A stretch of DNA of 64,000 bases, taken from positions 320,001-384,000 of the forward strand of contig CAVSGM010000003.1 in assembly GCA_963727485.1 (NCBI GenBank). Reading direction: 5' to 3'. Of the stretch, positions 10,619-22,909 are shown in pieces. Made by a program: the position numbers and the translations under genes. Origin of the DNA: an uncultured delta proteobacterium. GTDB lineage: Bacteria; Myxococcota; Myxococcia; SLRQ01. Under the pieces are notes generated by a model. The model did no database searches. It saw nothing but the letters and a program-made list of their open reading frames with translations, and had not been told where the DNA came from. How positions within the stretch are numbered: the stretch's first letter is position 1; each line of letters opens with the position of its first letter.

Positions 10619-12135
10619 ATGCGCCATCGCCGTCCCCGGGCCCGTGCCGCCGCCCCTGCGCCGGGCTCCGTCACCGGACTCCTCGCCGCGGGCCTCGTGC
10701 TCCTCGCCGGCTGCGGGCCCGCGGCGTCCCCGGCGCCGTCGTACGTGGTGGCCCCGGCCGGCCACCGGGCGCCGCTGACCGCCGGCGCCTTCCTGCCCCT
10801 GCGCACCGCCGGCCCCCGGATCCTCGACGCCGCCGGCCGCCAGGTGATCCTCCGGGGCCTCGAGATCCACGACCTCCAGGACGTGGCCTACGGGGGCCGG
10901 CGGGTGCTCCCCGGCGACGACGCCCGCATCGCCAGCTGGGGCTTCACCACCGTGCGCTTCGCGATCTCCCTGGTCGAAGGTGGAGCCGCTGCCGGGCCAC
11001 TTCGACGCCGCCTACCTGGGTGAAGATCCAGGCGGCCCTCGACGCGGCGCAGGCCGCCGGGCTCACGGTGATCCTCGAGTGGCACCAGGACCTCTTCGGC
11101 CGCTGCGCCGAGGCCCCGGGGACGGCGCTGGCCTACTCGGCGAACGGCGCGCCCAACTGGGCCTGCCCCCCGGGCTTCGTCCCCTCGACCTTCGGCCACC
11201 TCGCCCTCTTCGACCGCCTCTGGCACAACGACGACCGGCTCCTCGACGCCTTCATCGCCGCCTGGACCCAGGTGATCCAGGCGGTGGGCGAGAGCCCGGC
11301 GCTGCTGGGCTACGACGTCATCAACGAGCCCCAGGGCACCGGTGGCTCGCCCACCGTGGAGCGCGACGAGGTCTACCCGGCCTACCGGAAGCTGGTCCCG
11401 GCGCTCCGGGCCGCCGGCGCGGGCGGCCTGCTCTTCCTCGACGCCCCGGAGCTGCGCAACGAGTCGCCCAGGCTCTACACCGAGGACCTCTCGGACCTCG
11501 GCCCGGGCGTGGTCTTCGCCCCCCACCTCTACTCGGCGTGGACGGTGCTCTACGTCTTCCACCAGCGGGTCAGTGCCGACACCATGGCCGCCGACTTCGA
11601 CGCCGCCGAGGAGCAGGCGGGCGCGCTCCACCTCCCGGTGTGGAACGGCGAGTGGGGCGTGAACCTCAACCTCGACGGTGCCCTCGACGACCTGAAGACC
11701 CACGTGGGCCTCGAGGACGATCACCTCATGGGCTCGAGCTACTGGTCGTTCTCGGAGATCGCCCCCTGGCCCGCGGATCCCGCCGACGCCGGGGCCCAGG
11801 CCCTCCTCGACGCGCACCATCGGCCGCGGCCCGAGGTCCTCGACGTCCTCTCCCGGCCGTACCCCATCCAGACGCCCGGGACCCTGACGAAGATCCGCTA
11901 CGACTTCGCCGCCCGCACCCTCACCGTGGGTCTCGACCTCGATCCCTCGGTGACGGCACCGATGGTCCTCTACGCCCCGGCGCGTCACTTCGGCGCCCAC
12001 GTCTGCCTCACCGTGGACGGCGGCGACGGCTGGACCTTCAGCGCCGCCCCCCACGACCGCATCCTGGTGCGCTTCGCCGGCACCGGCCACCGCACCGTCC
12101 ACCTCGCCGCCTGCCCCGGAGACCACGCGCCATGA
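10619..12135 (+). CDS. Glycoside hydrolase family 5 lipoprotein (endoglycoceramidase-like); two +1 frameshifts at ~10970 and ~11020
   Basis: Lipobox LAGC; DAAGRQVILRG; reconstructed RFAISWSKVEP..FDAAYL; HQDLF; acid/base INEP; nucleophile GEWG; C-terminal LSRPYP domain. Confidence 0.82.
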
Positions 12136-12665
12136 GCTGGATTGCCCGCTTCCTCAAGCAGCCCCACGGTCGCTACCGCGACTTCCAGATCGTGTTCACG
12201 ATCCTGACGCTGAACTTCGTGATCCCGGCGTTCAGCTACACCTTCCTGCCCCAGGTGGCGGTGGGCCAGTTCCTCCACATCAACCAGGCCCTCGGGGGCC
12301 ACGCCTACACCTTCCCCGAGGCGGGCAGCCGCCTGTGGCGCTACCTGGGCGCGGCCAACGTGATGACCCTGGGGTTCATGTGCCTTTTGCTCCAGCTCGA
12401 CCTGCGCCGCTACCAGGCGGTGCTGGTGCCCCTGGTGTTCATGAAGTTCTACGCGGCGAGCATGTGGCTCGGCGGCTTCATCCAGGCGCCGGAGTACCCG
12501 GTGCTCCTCGCCGCGGCGATCCTCGACTACACCACCACCGCGGCGTTCCTCTTCTTCGGGATCCGGGCGATGCGCCAGATCGCGGGCAAGCCCGACGCCG
12601 AGCTGGTGCCCCGGCCGTGGTCGGCGCGCCACGCGGGGTCGGTGGCGGCGCCCGGCGGCGGCTGA
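12132..12665 (+). CDS. Unknown integral membrane protein (about 4 TM)
   Basis: ATGA overlap with the GH5 stop; hydrophobic segments; genome-typical codon usage. Confidence 0.75.
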   Translation: MSWIARFLKQPHGRYRDFQIVFTILTLNFVIPAFSYTFLPQVAVGQFLHINQALGGHAYTFPEAGSRLWRYLGAANVMTLGFMCLLLQLDLRRYQAVLVPLVFMKFYAASMWLGGFIQAPEYPVLLAAAILDYTTTAAFLFFGIRAMRQIAGKPDAELVPRPWSARHAGSVAAPGGG

Positions 12666-12744
12666 TAGGGTCTCGCTCGAGGGGGCGGTCCCGGGCCGAA
12701 GGGTCCGGGCCAGGCACCGGCCCGTGGGCCGGACGGGGGACACG

Positions 12745-14265
12745 ATGAGAACGCACGCCGGGACCTTTCCGGGGATCACCGCGCTCGTGGGGCTGGCCGC
12801 GCTCGGCCTCGCCGGGTGCGCCGGATCCTCGCCCACGCCGAAGACCCAGGGCTGCGATGCCACGGCCTCGCCGATGGACACGGCGTGCGTGGTCACCGAG
12901 GACTACGGGGTCTTCGTCGACGCCGACCAGGGCAACGACCACGGCACGGGGACGCGGGGGGCGCCGTTCAAGACCCTCTCGGCGGCCGCGGCCGCGGCGG
13001 CGAAGACCCACAAGCGGGTCTACGCCTGCGCCGGCACCTACCCCGAGCACCTCCAGCTCGACCTCACCGACGACGGCCTGGAGATCTACGGCGGCTTCGA
13101 CTGCGCCACCTGGAAGCCCGGCGCCGGCAAGACCACGGTGGCGCCCGCAGACGCGGGCCCGGCCCTCCAGGTCGCCGGCACCGACGGGCTTCGGATCGAG
13201 GACGTGGACCTCGTGGCCATCGACGGCGAGCAGCAGGGCCAGGGCAGCGTCGGCGCCATCGTCGACAACGCCCTGCAGGTCCGCCTCGCGGGGGTGGGGA
13301 TCACCGCGGGCGCCGGCGTCGACGGCAAGAACGGCCCGCCGTTCGCGGTGGCGCAGGCCAAGGACGGTCTCCCCGGACACGACGGCGTCGCCGCCTGCAC
13401 CACCAACCCCAACCCCGGGGGCGCGGTGGTGGACCTCGACTGCGGCACCGGGACCACCGAGGGGGGCGCGGGGGGTGCCGGAGGGGTTTCGAGCTCGAGC
13501 TCGCAGGGCGGGAACAACGGCTTCCCCCTCATCATCGACGGCAACGGGGGGCAAGGGGGCAGCGGGTCGAGCTTCAGCTGTGCCGTGGGCGGCACCGGCG
13601 GCGGCGGCCAGGGAGGCGGCGACGGTACCGAGGGGGTCGATGGCGCCGCGGGCACGGGCCTCGGGGCCATCGCCGGCGACGGCTACCACGGCGCCGACGG
13701 CGGGGACGGCACCAACGGCGGCAACGGCCAGGGCGGCGGAGGCGGGGCCGGCGCCCCGGCGCCCGGGGGCGCCTCCCAGCTGGTGTGCTCGAGTGTCGGC
13801 ATCAACACTGGCGCCGGCGGCGGGAGCGGGGGCACCGGCGGCTGCGGCGGCCTCGGCGGCGCCGGGGGGCAGGCCGGCGGCTCGAGCATCGCCCTCATCT
13901 CCCTGGACTCGGGCCTGGTCCTCGATCACTGCCAGCTCACGGCGGGGACGCCGGGCAACGGCGGCAGCGGCGCCGCCGGCCAGATCCATGGCTCCGGCGG
14001 CCAGCGCGGCGAAGGGGGCCCGGCCGGCAGCGGTACCGACGGGTGCCCCGGCGGCAACGGCGGCCAGGGCGGCAACGGCGGCGCCGGCGGCGGCGGCCAG
14101 GGGGGCCACTCCCTGGGCATCGCCTACTACGGCCACGCGCCGACGCTGACCAGCACCACGGTCATCCACGCCAGCGCCGGGGGCCCCGGCGGCGCCGGGG
14201 GGCTCCTGGGCACCCCGGGCAACGGGGGCTCCGACGGCGTCGCCGCCGACGTCCAGCGCTTCTGA
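12745..14265 (+). CDS. Gly-rich PGRS-like secreted lipoprotein with Cys-containing N-terminal domain
   Basis: Lipobox LAGC; VFVDA..GND.GTGTR.APFKTLSAA motif; extensive GGxGGxGG tracts. Confidence 0.8.
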   Translation: MRTHAGTFPGITALVGLAALGLAGCAGSSPTPKTQGCDATASPMDTACVVTEDYGVFVDADQGNDHGTGTRGAPFKTLSAAAAAAAKTHKRVYACAGTYPEHLQLDLTDDGLEIYGGFDCATWKPGAGKTTVAPADAGPALQVAGTDGLRIEDVDLVAIDGEQQGQGSVGAIVDNALQVRLAGVGITAGAGVDGKNGPPFAVAQAKDGLPGHDGVAACTTNPNPGGAVVDLDCGTGTTEGGAGGAGGVSSSSSQGGNNGFPLIIDGNGGQGGSGSSFSCAVGGTGGGGQGGGDGTEGVDGAAGTGLGAIAGDGYHGADGGDGTNGGNGQGGGGGAGAPAPGGASQLVCSSVGINTGAGGGSGGTGGCGGLGGAGGQAGGSSIALISLDSGLVLDHCQLTAGTPGNGGSGAAGQIHGSGGQRGEGGPAGSGTDGCPGGNGGQGGNGGAGGGGQGGHSLGIAYYGHAPTLTSTTVIHASAGGPGGAGGLLGTPGNGGSDGVAADVQRF

Positions 14266-14359
14266 AGACGGGCGCCGGCGGTCCGGTGACGGCGCGGGCC
14301 GCGAGCCGGACCCGCCGGCCCGCGTTGCCTGGTCGGGCCGGGTCGGGCACCCTGACCCC

Positions 14360-16469
14360 ATGATTGATGTTCGCGCCTGGCGTCGCCTGCGCACCCTGCG
14401 TCTCGCCGCCGGCCTCGCCGCCGGCCTCCTCGCCGCCGCCGGCTGCGCCCCGGGCGCGGGGGGCCACACGACGGCCACCTCGAAGATCACGGTGGTCCGC
14501 GCCGGCGACGGCGGCGGGACGGTCACCTCGACGCCGGCGGGGATCGACTGCGGGACCACCTGCGCCGCCGCCTTCGACGACGGCCACGAGGTGACCCTGG
14601 ACGCGGCCCCCGACGGGAGCTCGGTGCTCTCGGGGTGGCAGGGCTGCGACCACCAGAGCGGCTACAGCTGCATGGTGGCCCTGACGACCGACCGCACGGT
14701 CACCGCCACCTTCGCGCCGAAGCCCACCACCGCCACCCTCACGGTGCAGCTCGTGGGTGACGGCGGGGGCACGGTGGACGACGGGCAGGGCTTCACCTGC
14801 ACCGGCGGCACCTGCACCCACGACTACGCGGTTGGGACCTCGGTGACCCTCACCGCCACCCCCGACGGCACCTCGGCCTTCGGCGCCTTCGCCGGGTGCG
14901 ACGGCGGCACCGGCGACACCTGCACCGTGACCCTGGACGCCCCGGCGACGGTGACCGCCACCTTCGACGCGGTGCCCACGGACATCACCGGCCTCACGGT
15001 GACCCCGGCGCTCCAGTCGCTCCACCTGGCCTGGACCAACCCCCAGGTGGCGAGCTTCGACCACGCTCGGGTCTACTTGACCGGGCCCGGGCAGGCCGGG
15101 GCGGGGCAGGACGTCACGGTTGCCAGCGTCGACGCGGCGGGGCTCGTCCCCGGGGCCAGCTACAGGGTCAAGGTCACGGCGGTGGACGCGAGCGGCGTCG
15201 AGTCCACCGGGGCGAACCTCGACGTCACCACCCACTGCACCGGCGCGGCCGCGGACTTCACCGCCGGCCAGTCGGCGGCGACCCTCGCCTCGGGCCAGGT
15301 GTTCCTCGCCTGGACCGGCGCCACCACCGGGAACCTCTACCTGGGCGAGTCGGCGCCGCTGGCCGGCGACGAGCTGTGGCTCGCCGTGGACACCGACCCC
15401 GACGCCGGGGACGCCACCGGCAAGGCAAACTTCGCCCAGGGCGCCGGCGAGATCCTCTGGCCCTTCAAGGCCGACGCGGTGGTGGCGCTCACCGAGAGCG
15501 GGAACGCCCGGCTGTGGCTCGCGTCGGATCCGACGACGGTCGACGGGAACGGAAACCCGGTCCACAAGTGGACGTCGCTCGCGGTGGTCGACGGGGTGGG
15601 CGGGGCGGCGGTCACCGAATGGGGGGTGAACCTGTCGGCCCTCGGCCTCGACGGGACCACCCACGCGCGCTTCGCCTTGGTGACCCTGGAGCCCACCACC
15701 GGGAAGAGCCGGGACCTGTCGCCGGCGAGCCAGACCGCCACCGACGTCACCGGCCTCTCCACCAGCCCCACCTCGGGCTTCCAGGCGACGCCCTTCGATC
15801 TGGCGGGCCTCGGCACCAGCCTCGCCACCCCCGTGGACGCCCCGAGCCTGGTCACCTTCACGGTCACCGACCCGGGCGCCACCGGCCCGGTGCAGCTCCT
15901 GGGGAGCCGGCCCCCGCTGACCCCGACCCTCCCGGCCGGCTACCAGCTCGCAACCGGGAGCACCGCGGGGACCTACACCGGCACCTTCAACCTCGGCGGG
16001 GCGAGCGGCGACGTCTACTTCCGGTTCACCGACGCCGGGACCCCGGAGACCCTCGGCGGCGCCCCGGTCCTTCGGGTCCACGGGCTCTCCGGCGCCAGCG
16101 AGTCGGTGCCGGCCGTCACCTTCGGCCAGAGCTTCGACGGCCAGCACCCGTTCACCGTGGACTTCGTGTTCACCGACGACGGCACCCAGGGGACGCCGGT
16201 GGAGCTGGTGGGCAGCGCCCCGGAGCTCGGGCTCGGGGACCGCCGGCGCCGGGGCCCCGGTGACCCTGGTCGCCGGGGCCACCGACCAGTACGCGGCGCA
16301 GGTCACGTTCACCAGCGGGGTGGACCCGTCGGCGACGCCGCTGACCTGGCAGGTCGGCTACGGGGGCGGCACCCTCGAGTCCGGGGGCACCCACCAGGCC
16401 CAGGTCGATGTGGTGGACCACGCGACCTTCCGTTGGACCGCCCGCGACGGCGCGCGCTTCCCCTACTAG
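14360..16469 (+). CDS. Surface lipoprotein: 2 InlB-B-repeat-like + FN3-like + DOMON/CBM-like + 2 CBM20-like modules; +1 frameshift at ~16230
   Basis: Lipobox AAGC; GxGTVTSTPAGIDCGTTC repeats; VTFTV..VQLLGS and VDFVF..VELVGSAPELG starch-binding-like motifs; C-terminus in ORF 16260..16469. Confidence 0.68.
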
Positions 16470-16571
16470 GCCGGTCGGTGAGCCGCCCCGTCGGGGAACG
16501 CCTCCCTTCCCGGGGGCCGGCGGCGGGATAAGGTCACCGCCTGTGACGCCCGCCTCCCCCGCAGAGAGGTC

Positions 16572-17573
16572 GTGGTCATGGTGCGCCTCATCAAGGCCCT
16601 GGCGCTCGTCGTCGCCGTGATCGCCGGCGTCGCCGGGGCGGCGGCCGTCTGGTTCTTCTCGAGCTACCCCAAGGTGGCGCCGCCCCGGACCCTGGAGGTC
16701 GAGGTCACGCCGGCGCGGCTGGCGCGGGGCGCCTACCTCGCCACCCACGTCACCGGCTGCGTCGACTGCCACAGCCGCCGGGACTTCACCCACTACGCCG
16801 GGCCGGTGATCGCCGGCACCGAGGGGGTCGGGGGCGAGCGCTTCGACGCCCACAACGGCGGGGTCCCCGGCGTCCTCTACGCGCCGAACATCACCCCGGC
16901 GGGGGTGGGCAGGTGGACCGACGGCGAGCTCGCCCGGGCGATCACCGAGGGGGTCTCGCGGGACGGCCGGGCGCTCTTCCCCCTGATGCCCTGGCCCGCC
17001 TTCGCCACCCTCTGCGAGGACGACCTGGAGGCGCTCATCGCCTGGACCCGCCGGCTCAAGGCCCAGGAGAGCATCGTGCCCGCCTCGCGCCTCGAGCTCC
17101 CCATGCGCCTGATGGTGCGCACCATGCCCCGGCCGGTGACCGTGGAGAGCTGCCCCGAGCAGCGCACCGAGGTGGAGACCGGCGCCTACCTGGTGGGGGT
17201 CGCCGGCTGCGCCGACTGCCACACGCCCATGGCGCGCGGGAAGCCCGTCCCCGGGCGCGCGTTCGCCGGGGGCGTGGCCTTCACCTTCCCCGACGGGTCG
17301 GTGGCGCGCTCGGCGAACCTCACGCCCGATCGGAAGACCGGGATCGGCGGGTGGGACCGGGAGAGCTTCATCGCCCGGTTCAAGAGCCACCTCGAGGGGC
17401 CGGCGATGGCCGTGGGCCCCGGGGACCCGCAGACGCCCATGCCCTGGCACCTGTACGCGGGGATGACCGAGGCGGATCTCGGGGCCATCTTCGCCTGGCT
17501 GGAGACGGTGCCGAAGGTGGTGCACGAGGTCGAGCACTTCACCCCGGCGCCCGCGAAGACCGCCGAGCGGTAG
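16572..17573 (+). CDS. Membrane-anchored diheme cytochrome c
   Basis: N-terminal TM; two repeats of GAYL...CxDCH (CVDCH, CADCH), N[I/L]TP, MPW Met-ligand motifs. Confidence 0.9.
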   Translation: MVMVRLIKALALVVAVIAGVAGAAAVWFFSSYPKVAPPRTLEVEVTPARLARGAYLATHVTGCVDCHSRRDFTHYAGPVIAGTEGVGGERFDAHNGGVPGVLYAPNITPAGVGRWTDGELARAITEGVSRDGRALFPLMPWPAFATLCEDDLEALIAWTRRLKAQESIVPASRLELPMRLMVRTMPRPVTVESCPEQRTEVETGAYLVGVAGCADCHTPMARGKPVPGRAFAGGVAFTFPDGSVARSANLTPDRKTGIGGWDRESFIARFKSHLEGPAMAVGPGDPQTPMPWHLYAGMTEADLGAIFAWLETVPKVVHEVEHFTPAPAKTAER

Positions 17574-17667
17574 GCGTGCCCCCGCCGGGGCTGGCTGCCA
17601 CCCACGTGGCGGTGTAGTCCTTGGGGCCGATGGCCCCCCGGGCCCCAGAGCCTCTGGCGCCGGTCTC

Positions 17668-18100
17668 ATGAAGAAGGGCGCCCGCCTCCCCACGATGAGG
17701 CTCGGCGTGGGCGCCGCCGTGCTGCTGACCTTGGGGACGCACTTCACGCTCGAGGAGCGCGCCTTCGTCGCCGGAGCCGTCCCGGTGATCGGGCACGTCG
17801 TCCGCGTCGACAACGATGGCTGTCCCAGGATCGCCGGGGCGAAGCCCGAGGGCGGGACCTCCACGATGTGGAGCAGCGACTGCACGGGGCAGCACCACGG
17901 GCCGGCGGGCGGCCGGGTGACGGTGCTGTGGAACCGACAGCAGGACGAGCTGGAGGTCCAGGGCTTCACCTCGCAGTGGGGGCGATCGTGGCCAGCCAGA
18001 TCGAGTGGGTCTCGACCACCGTCCGACCGACGGCGGCCCCGACCGGCCCCGCGGCCCGCTTCGACCCCCTGGGCTTTGGTCCCCAGCTTGAAGATCTCGC
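17668..18100 (+). pseudogene. Possible degenerate DUF3592-like membrane protein
   Basis: TM segment then FVAGAVPVIGHVV...P...GGRVTVLWN...FTSQWG pattern; no convincing second TM or stop before the nrdJ promoter. Confidence 0.3.
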
Positions 18101-18174
18101 GGGATCGTCGCATCATGCAACGTACCGTCACGGCGTGGCCATATATCGCCAGCCACGCCGGACCCGAGGGGGCT

Positions 18175-18261
18175 TGTGGACAACCCACCCACAGCCAGAT
18201 CCGGAGGAAATCCGGCCTGTTGCGCCGTTTTCCCCACCCCTGGTCCACAGCCCTACCCACA
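18175..18261. promoter_or_regulatory. DnaA-box-like motifs upstream of nrdJ
   Basis: TGTGGACAA (reverse complement TTGTCCACA) at 18175-18183; weaker TGGTCCACA 18241-18249 and CTACCCACA 18253-18261. Confidence 0.5.
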
Positions 18262-18303
18262 ACATGTTGGGTCAGTTTTCTGGACGACCACCACATCTGG
18301 CGG
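18257..18303. promoter_or_regulatory. Tandem NrdR boxes
   Basis: CCACAACATGTTGGGT (18257-18272) and CCACCACATCTGGCGG (18288-18303) fit acaCwAtATaTwGtgt, start 31 bp apart, lie upstream of an RNR gene and next to TTGACG at 18312. Confidence 0.85.
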
Positions 18304-18546
18304 TTTGCTCCTTGACGTGGGCACACCGACTTCGATAGGAACCGGACTCCGTTCGAGACGGGAAGGTGGTCGCAGGCCGCCTGGGGGAGCGGGCCCCCGG
18401 GCAGACCGAGGTGGAGGCCGTAGGGGGATGGCCGAGGTCATGCCGTTGCTTTTCACGTATTTGTCTTGCCCTGGTGCGGAGACCAGGACGAGGGCGACCC
18501 CGGTGCTCACGAACGCATGCCTCCGAAGGAACGGGTCGTAGTCGCC

Positions 18547-21436
<2,890 letters not shown>

Positions 21437-21443
21437 AGCTGAC

Positions 21444-21477
21444 GCCGGTGGGGCCCCGGCGGCGGGCCCCGACCGGC
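21444..21477 (+). terminator. GC-rich hairpin after nrdJ
   Basis: gccggtggggccc / gggccccgaccggc stem; no U-tract. Confidence 0.4.
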
Positions 21478-21511
21478 ACCTGAATCTGCGCCGCCCCCGA
21501 CGAGGCTCCAC

Positions 21512-22111
21512 ATGGCCACCACCCTCACCCTGGCGAAGACCCGGACCGCTTCCCCCAGCCTGGCCGAGGTCCACGATCTCACCAGCTGGCGCGACGACCG
21601 CCACGACGTCCTGGTGTCCACCGCCCGCGAGCTGATGCTCGAGGGCAAGGAGCCCGACGCCCTGGTGGCCTGCTTCGACGCCCTCCGGGTCAAGGCCGAC
21701 AGCTACGAGGCCCTGGCCCTGGCCGGGACCCTCCTGGCCATCCTCGACGACCCCGAGGCCTCGGTGGTCTACACCCGGGAGGCCATCCGCCAGGCCCCGG
21801 GCCGCCCCGACGCCTACTACGACCTGGGCTCGACCCTCCTCGACCTCGGCCGGCCCGGCGAGGCCCTGGGGTGGCTGGAGACCGGCATCCGCCTCCTCGG
21901 CGACCGCACCGACGACCTCGTCGACTTCCTCTACAGCGCCCGGGTCGAGTGCCTCACCTTCCTCGGCCGCTACGCGGAGGCCGAGGCCGTCCTCGGCGAG
22001 GCGCGCGCGCGCACCGAGGACGTCATGGGGCTGCTCGACGCCGCCGACGAGGGCCTCCGGGTCCGGCGCCGGCGCCCGGCCCTGCGCCTGGTCCCGACCC
22101 CCGCCGGCTAG
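21512..22111 (+). CDS. Tetratricopeptide-repeat protein
   Basis: AIRQAPGRPDAYYDLGSTLLDLGRPGEALGWLETG and CLTFLGRYAEAEAVL TPR patterns. Confidence 0.78.
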   Translation: MATTLTLAKTRTASPSLAEVHDLTSWRDDRHDVLVSTARELMLEGKEPDALVACFDALRVKADSYEALALAGTLLAILDDPEASVVYTREAIRQAPGRPDAYYDLGSTLLDLGRPGEALGWLETGIRLLGDRTDDLVDFLYSARVECLTFLGRYAEAEAVLGEARARTEDVMGLLDAADEGLRVRRRRPALRLVPTPAG

Positions 22112-22135
22112 CCCTTCCCCGGGCGGACTCCGGGC

Positions 22136-22163
22136 TTGACCCCCGGACCCGACGGCATAGGCT
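22136..22163 (+). promoter_or_regulatory. Putative sigma70 promoter of the SDR operon
   Basis: TTGACC-16 bp-TAGGCT, 10 nt before ATG 22174. Confidence 0.55.
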
Positions 22164-22173
22164 GGCTCTTCGG

Positions 22174-22899
22174 ATGGATCCGGGGCTCAGAGGCCGCGTG
22201 GCCGTGGTCACCGGCGGCGGGCGCGGGATCGGGGCGGCCATCGCCCGGACCCTGGCCGCCGCCGGCGTGCGGGTCTGCGTCACCAGCCGCACCGCCGACG
22301 AGCTCGAGGCCGTCGCCGCCGCCATCCGCGACGACGGCGGCGAGGCGGTGGCGGTGGTCGCCGACGTCACCCGTGAGGCCGACGTCACCCGGCTCTTCGA
22401 CGCCGCCGAGCGCCGCCTGGGCCAGGCCACCCTCCTGGTGAACAACGCCGGCAACGCCCCGGTGGGCCCCACCGCCGACTTCCCCCTCGCCGAGTGGGAG
22501 CGCTGCCTCTCCGGCAACGTCACCAGCGCCTTCCTCTGCAGCCGGGAGGCCTTCCGCCGGATGCCGGCCCAGGGCGGGGGGCGGATCGTCAACGTCAGCT
22601 CCGGGGCGGGGAAGCACGGGAAGGCCGAGTGGGCCGCCTACTGCGCGGCCAAGAGCGGGCTCCAGGGGCTGGCCCGGGCGCTGGCCGAGGAGGGGGTCGC
22701 CCTGGGCATCCGGGTGAACACCGTCTGCCCCGGGGGGACCCGCACCGGGATGCGGCGGTCGATCTTCGGCGAGGAACCCGAGGGGTCGCTCCTCGATCCG
22801 GCGGAGGTGGCGGAGGTGGTACGCTTCCTGCTCTCCGACTCGGCGGCCGAGGTGCGCGCCGCCGAGCTCGACGTCCGCAAAGCCCAGCGCCCTCGTTAG
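22174..22899 (+). CDS. Short-chain dehydrogenase/reductase
   Basis: TGGGRGIG, NNAG, NVSS, YCAAK, RVNTVCPG. Confidence 0.93.
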   Translation: MDPGLRGRVAVVTGGGRGIGAAIARTLAAAGVRVCVTSRTADELEAVAAAIRDDGGEAVAVVADVTREADVTRLFDAAERRLGQATLLVNNAGNAPVGPTADFPLAEWERCLSGNVTSAFLCSREAFRRMPAQGGGRIVNVSSGAGKHGKAEWAAYCAAKSGLQGLARALAEEGVALGIRVNTVCPGGTRTGMRRSIFGEEPEGSLLDPAEVAEVVRFLLSDSAAEVRAAELDVRKAQRPR

Positions 22900-22909
22900 G
22901 GAACCGCCC

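Noticed and set aside
13440..14240. Possible repeat array or CRISPR in GGC-rich tracts (also 38340-38580)
   Set aside because: These are Gly-coding low-complexity regions with no fixed repeat-spacer period.
18170..18265. Replication origin
   Set aside because: Only one good DnaA box, no AT-rich unwinding element and no dnaA/dnaN/parAB context.
18345..18546. Cobalamin riboswitch before nrdJ
   Set aside because: The conserved B12-box elements could not be found by eye.
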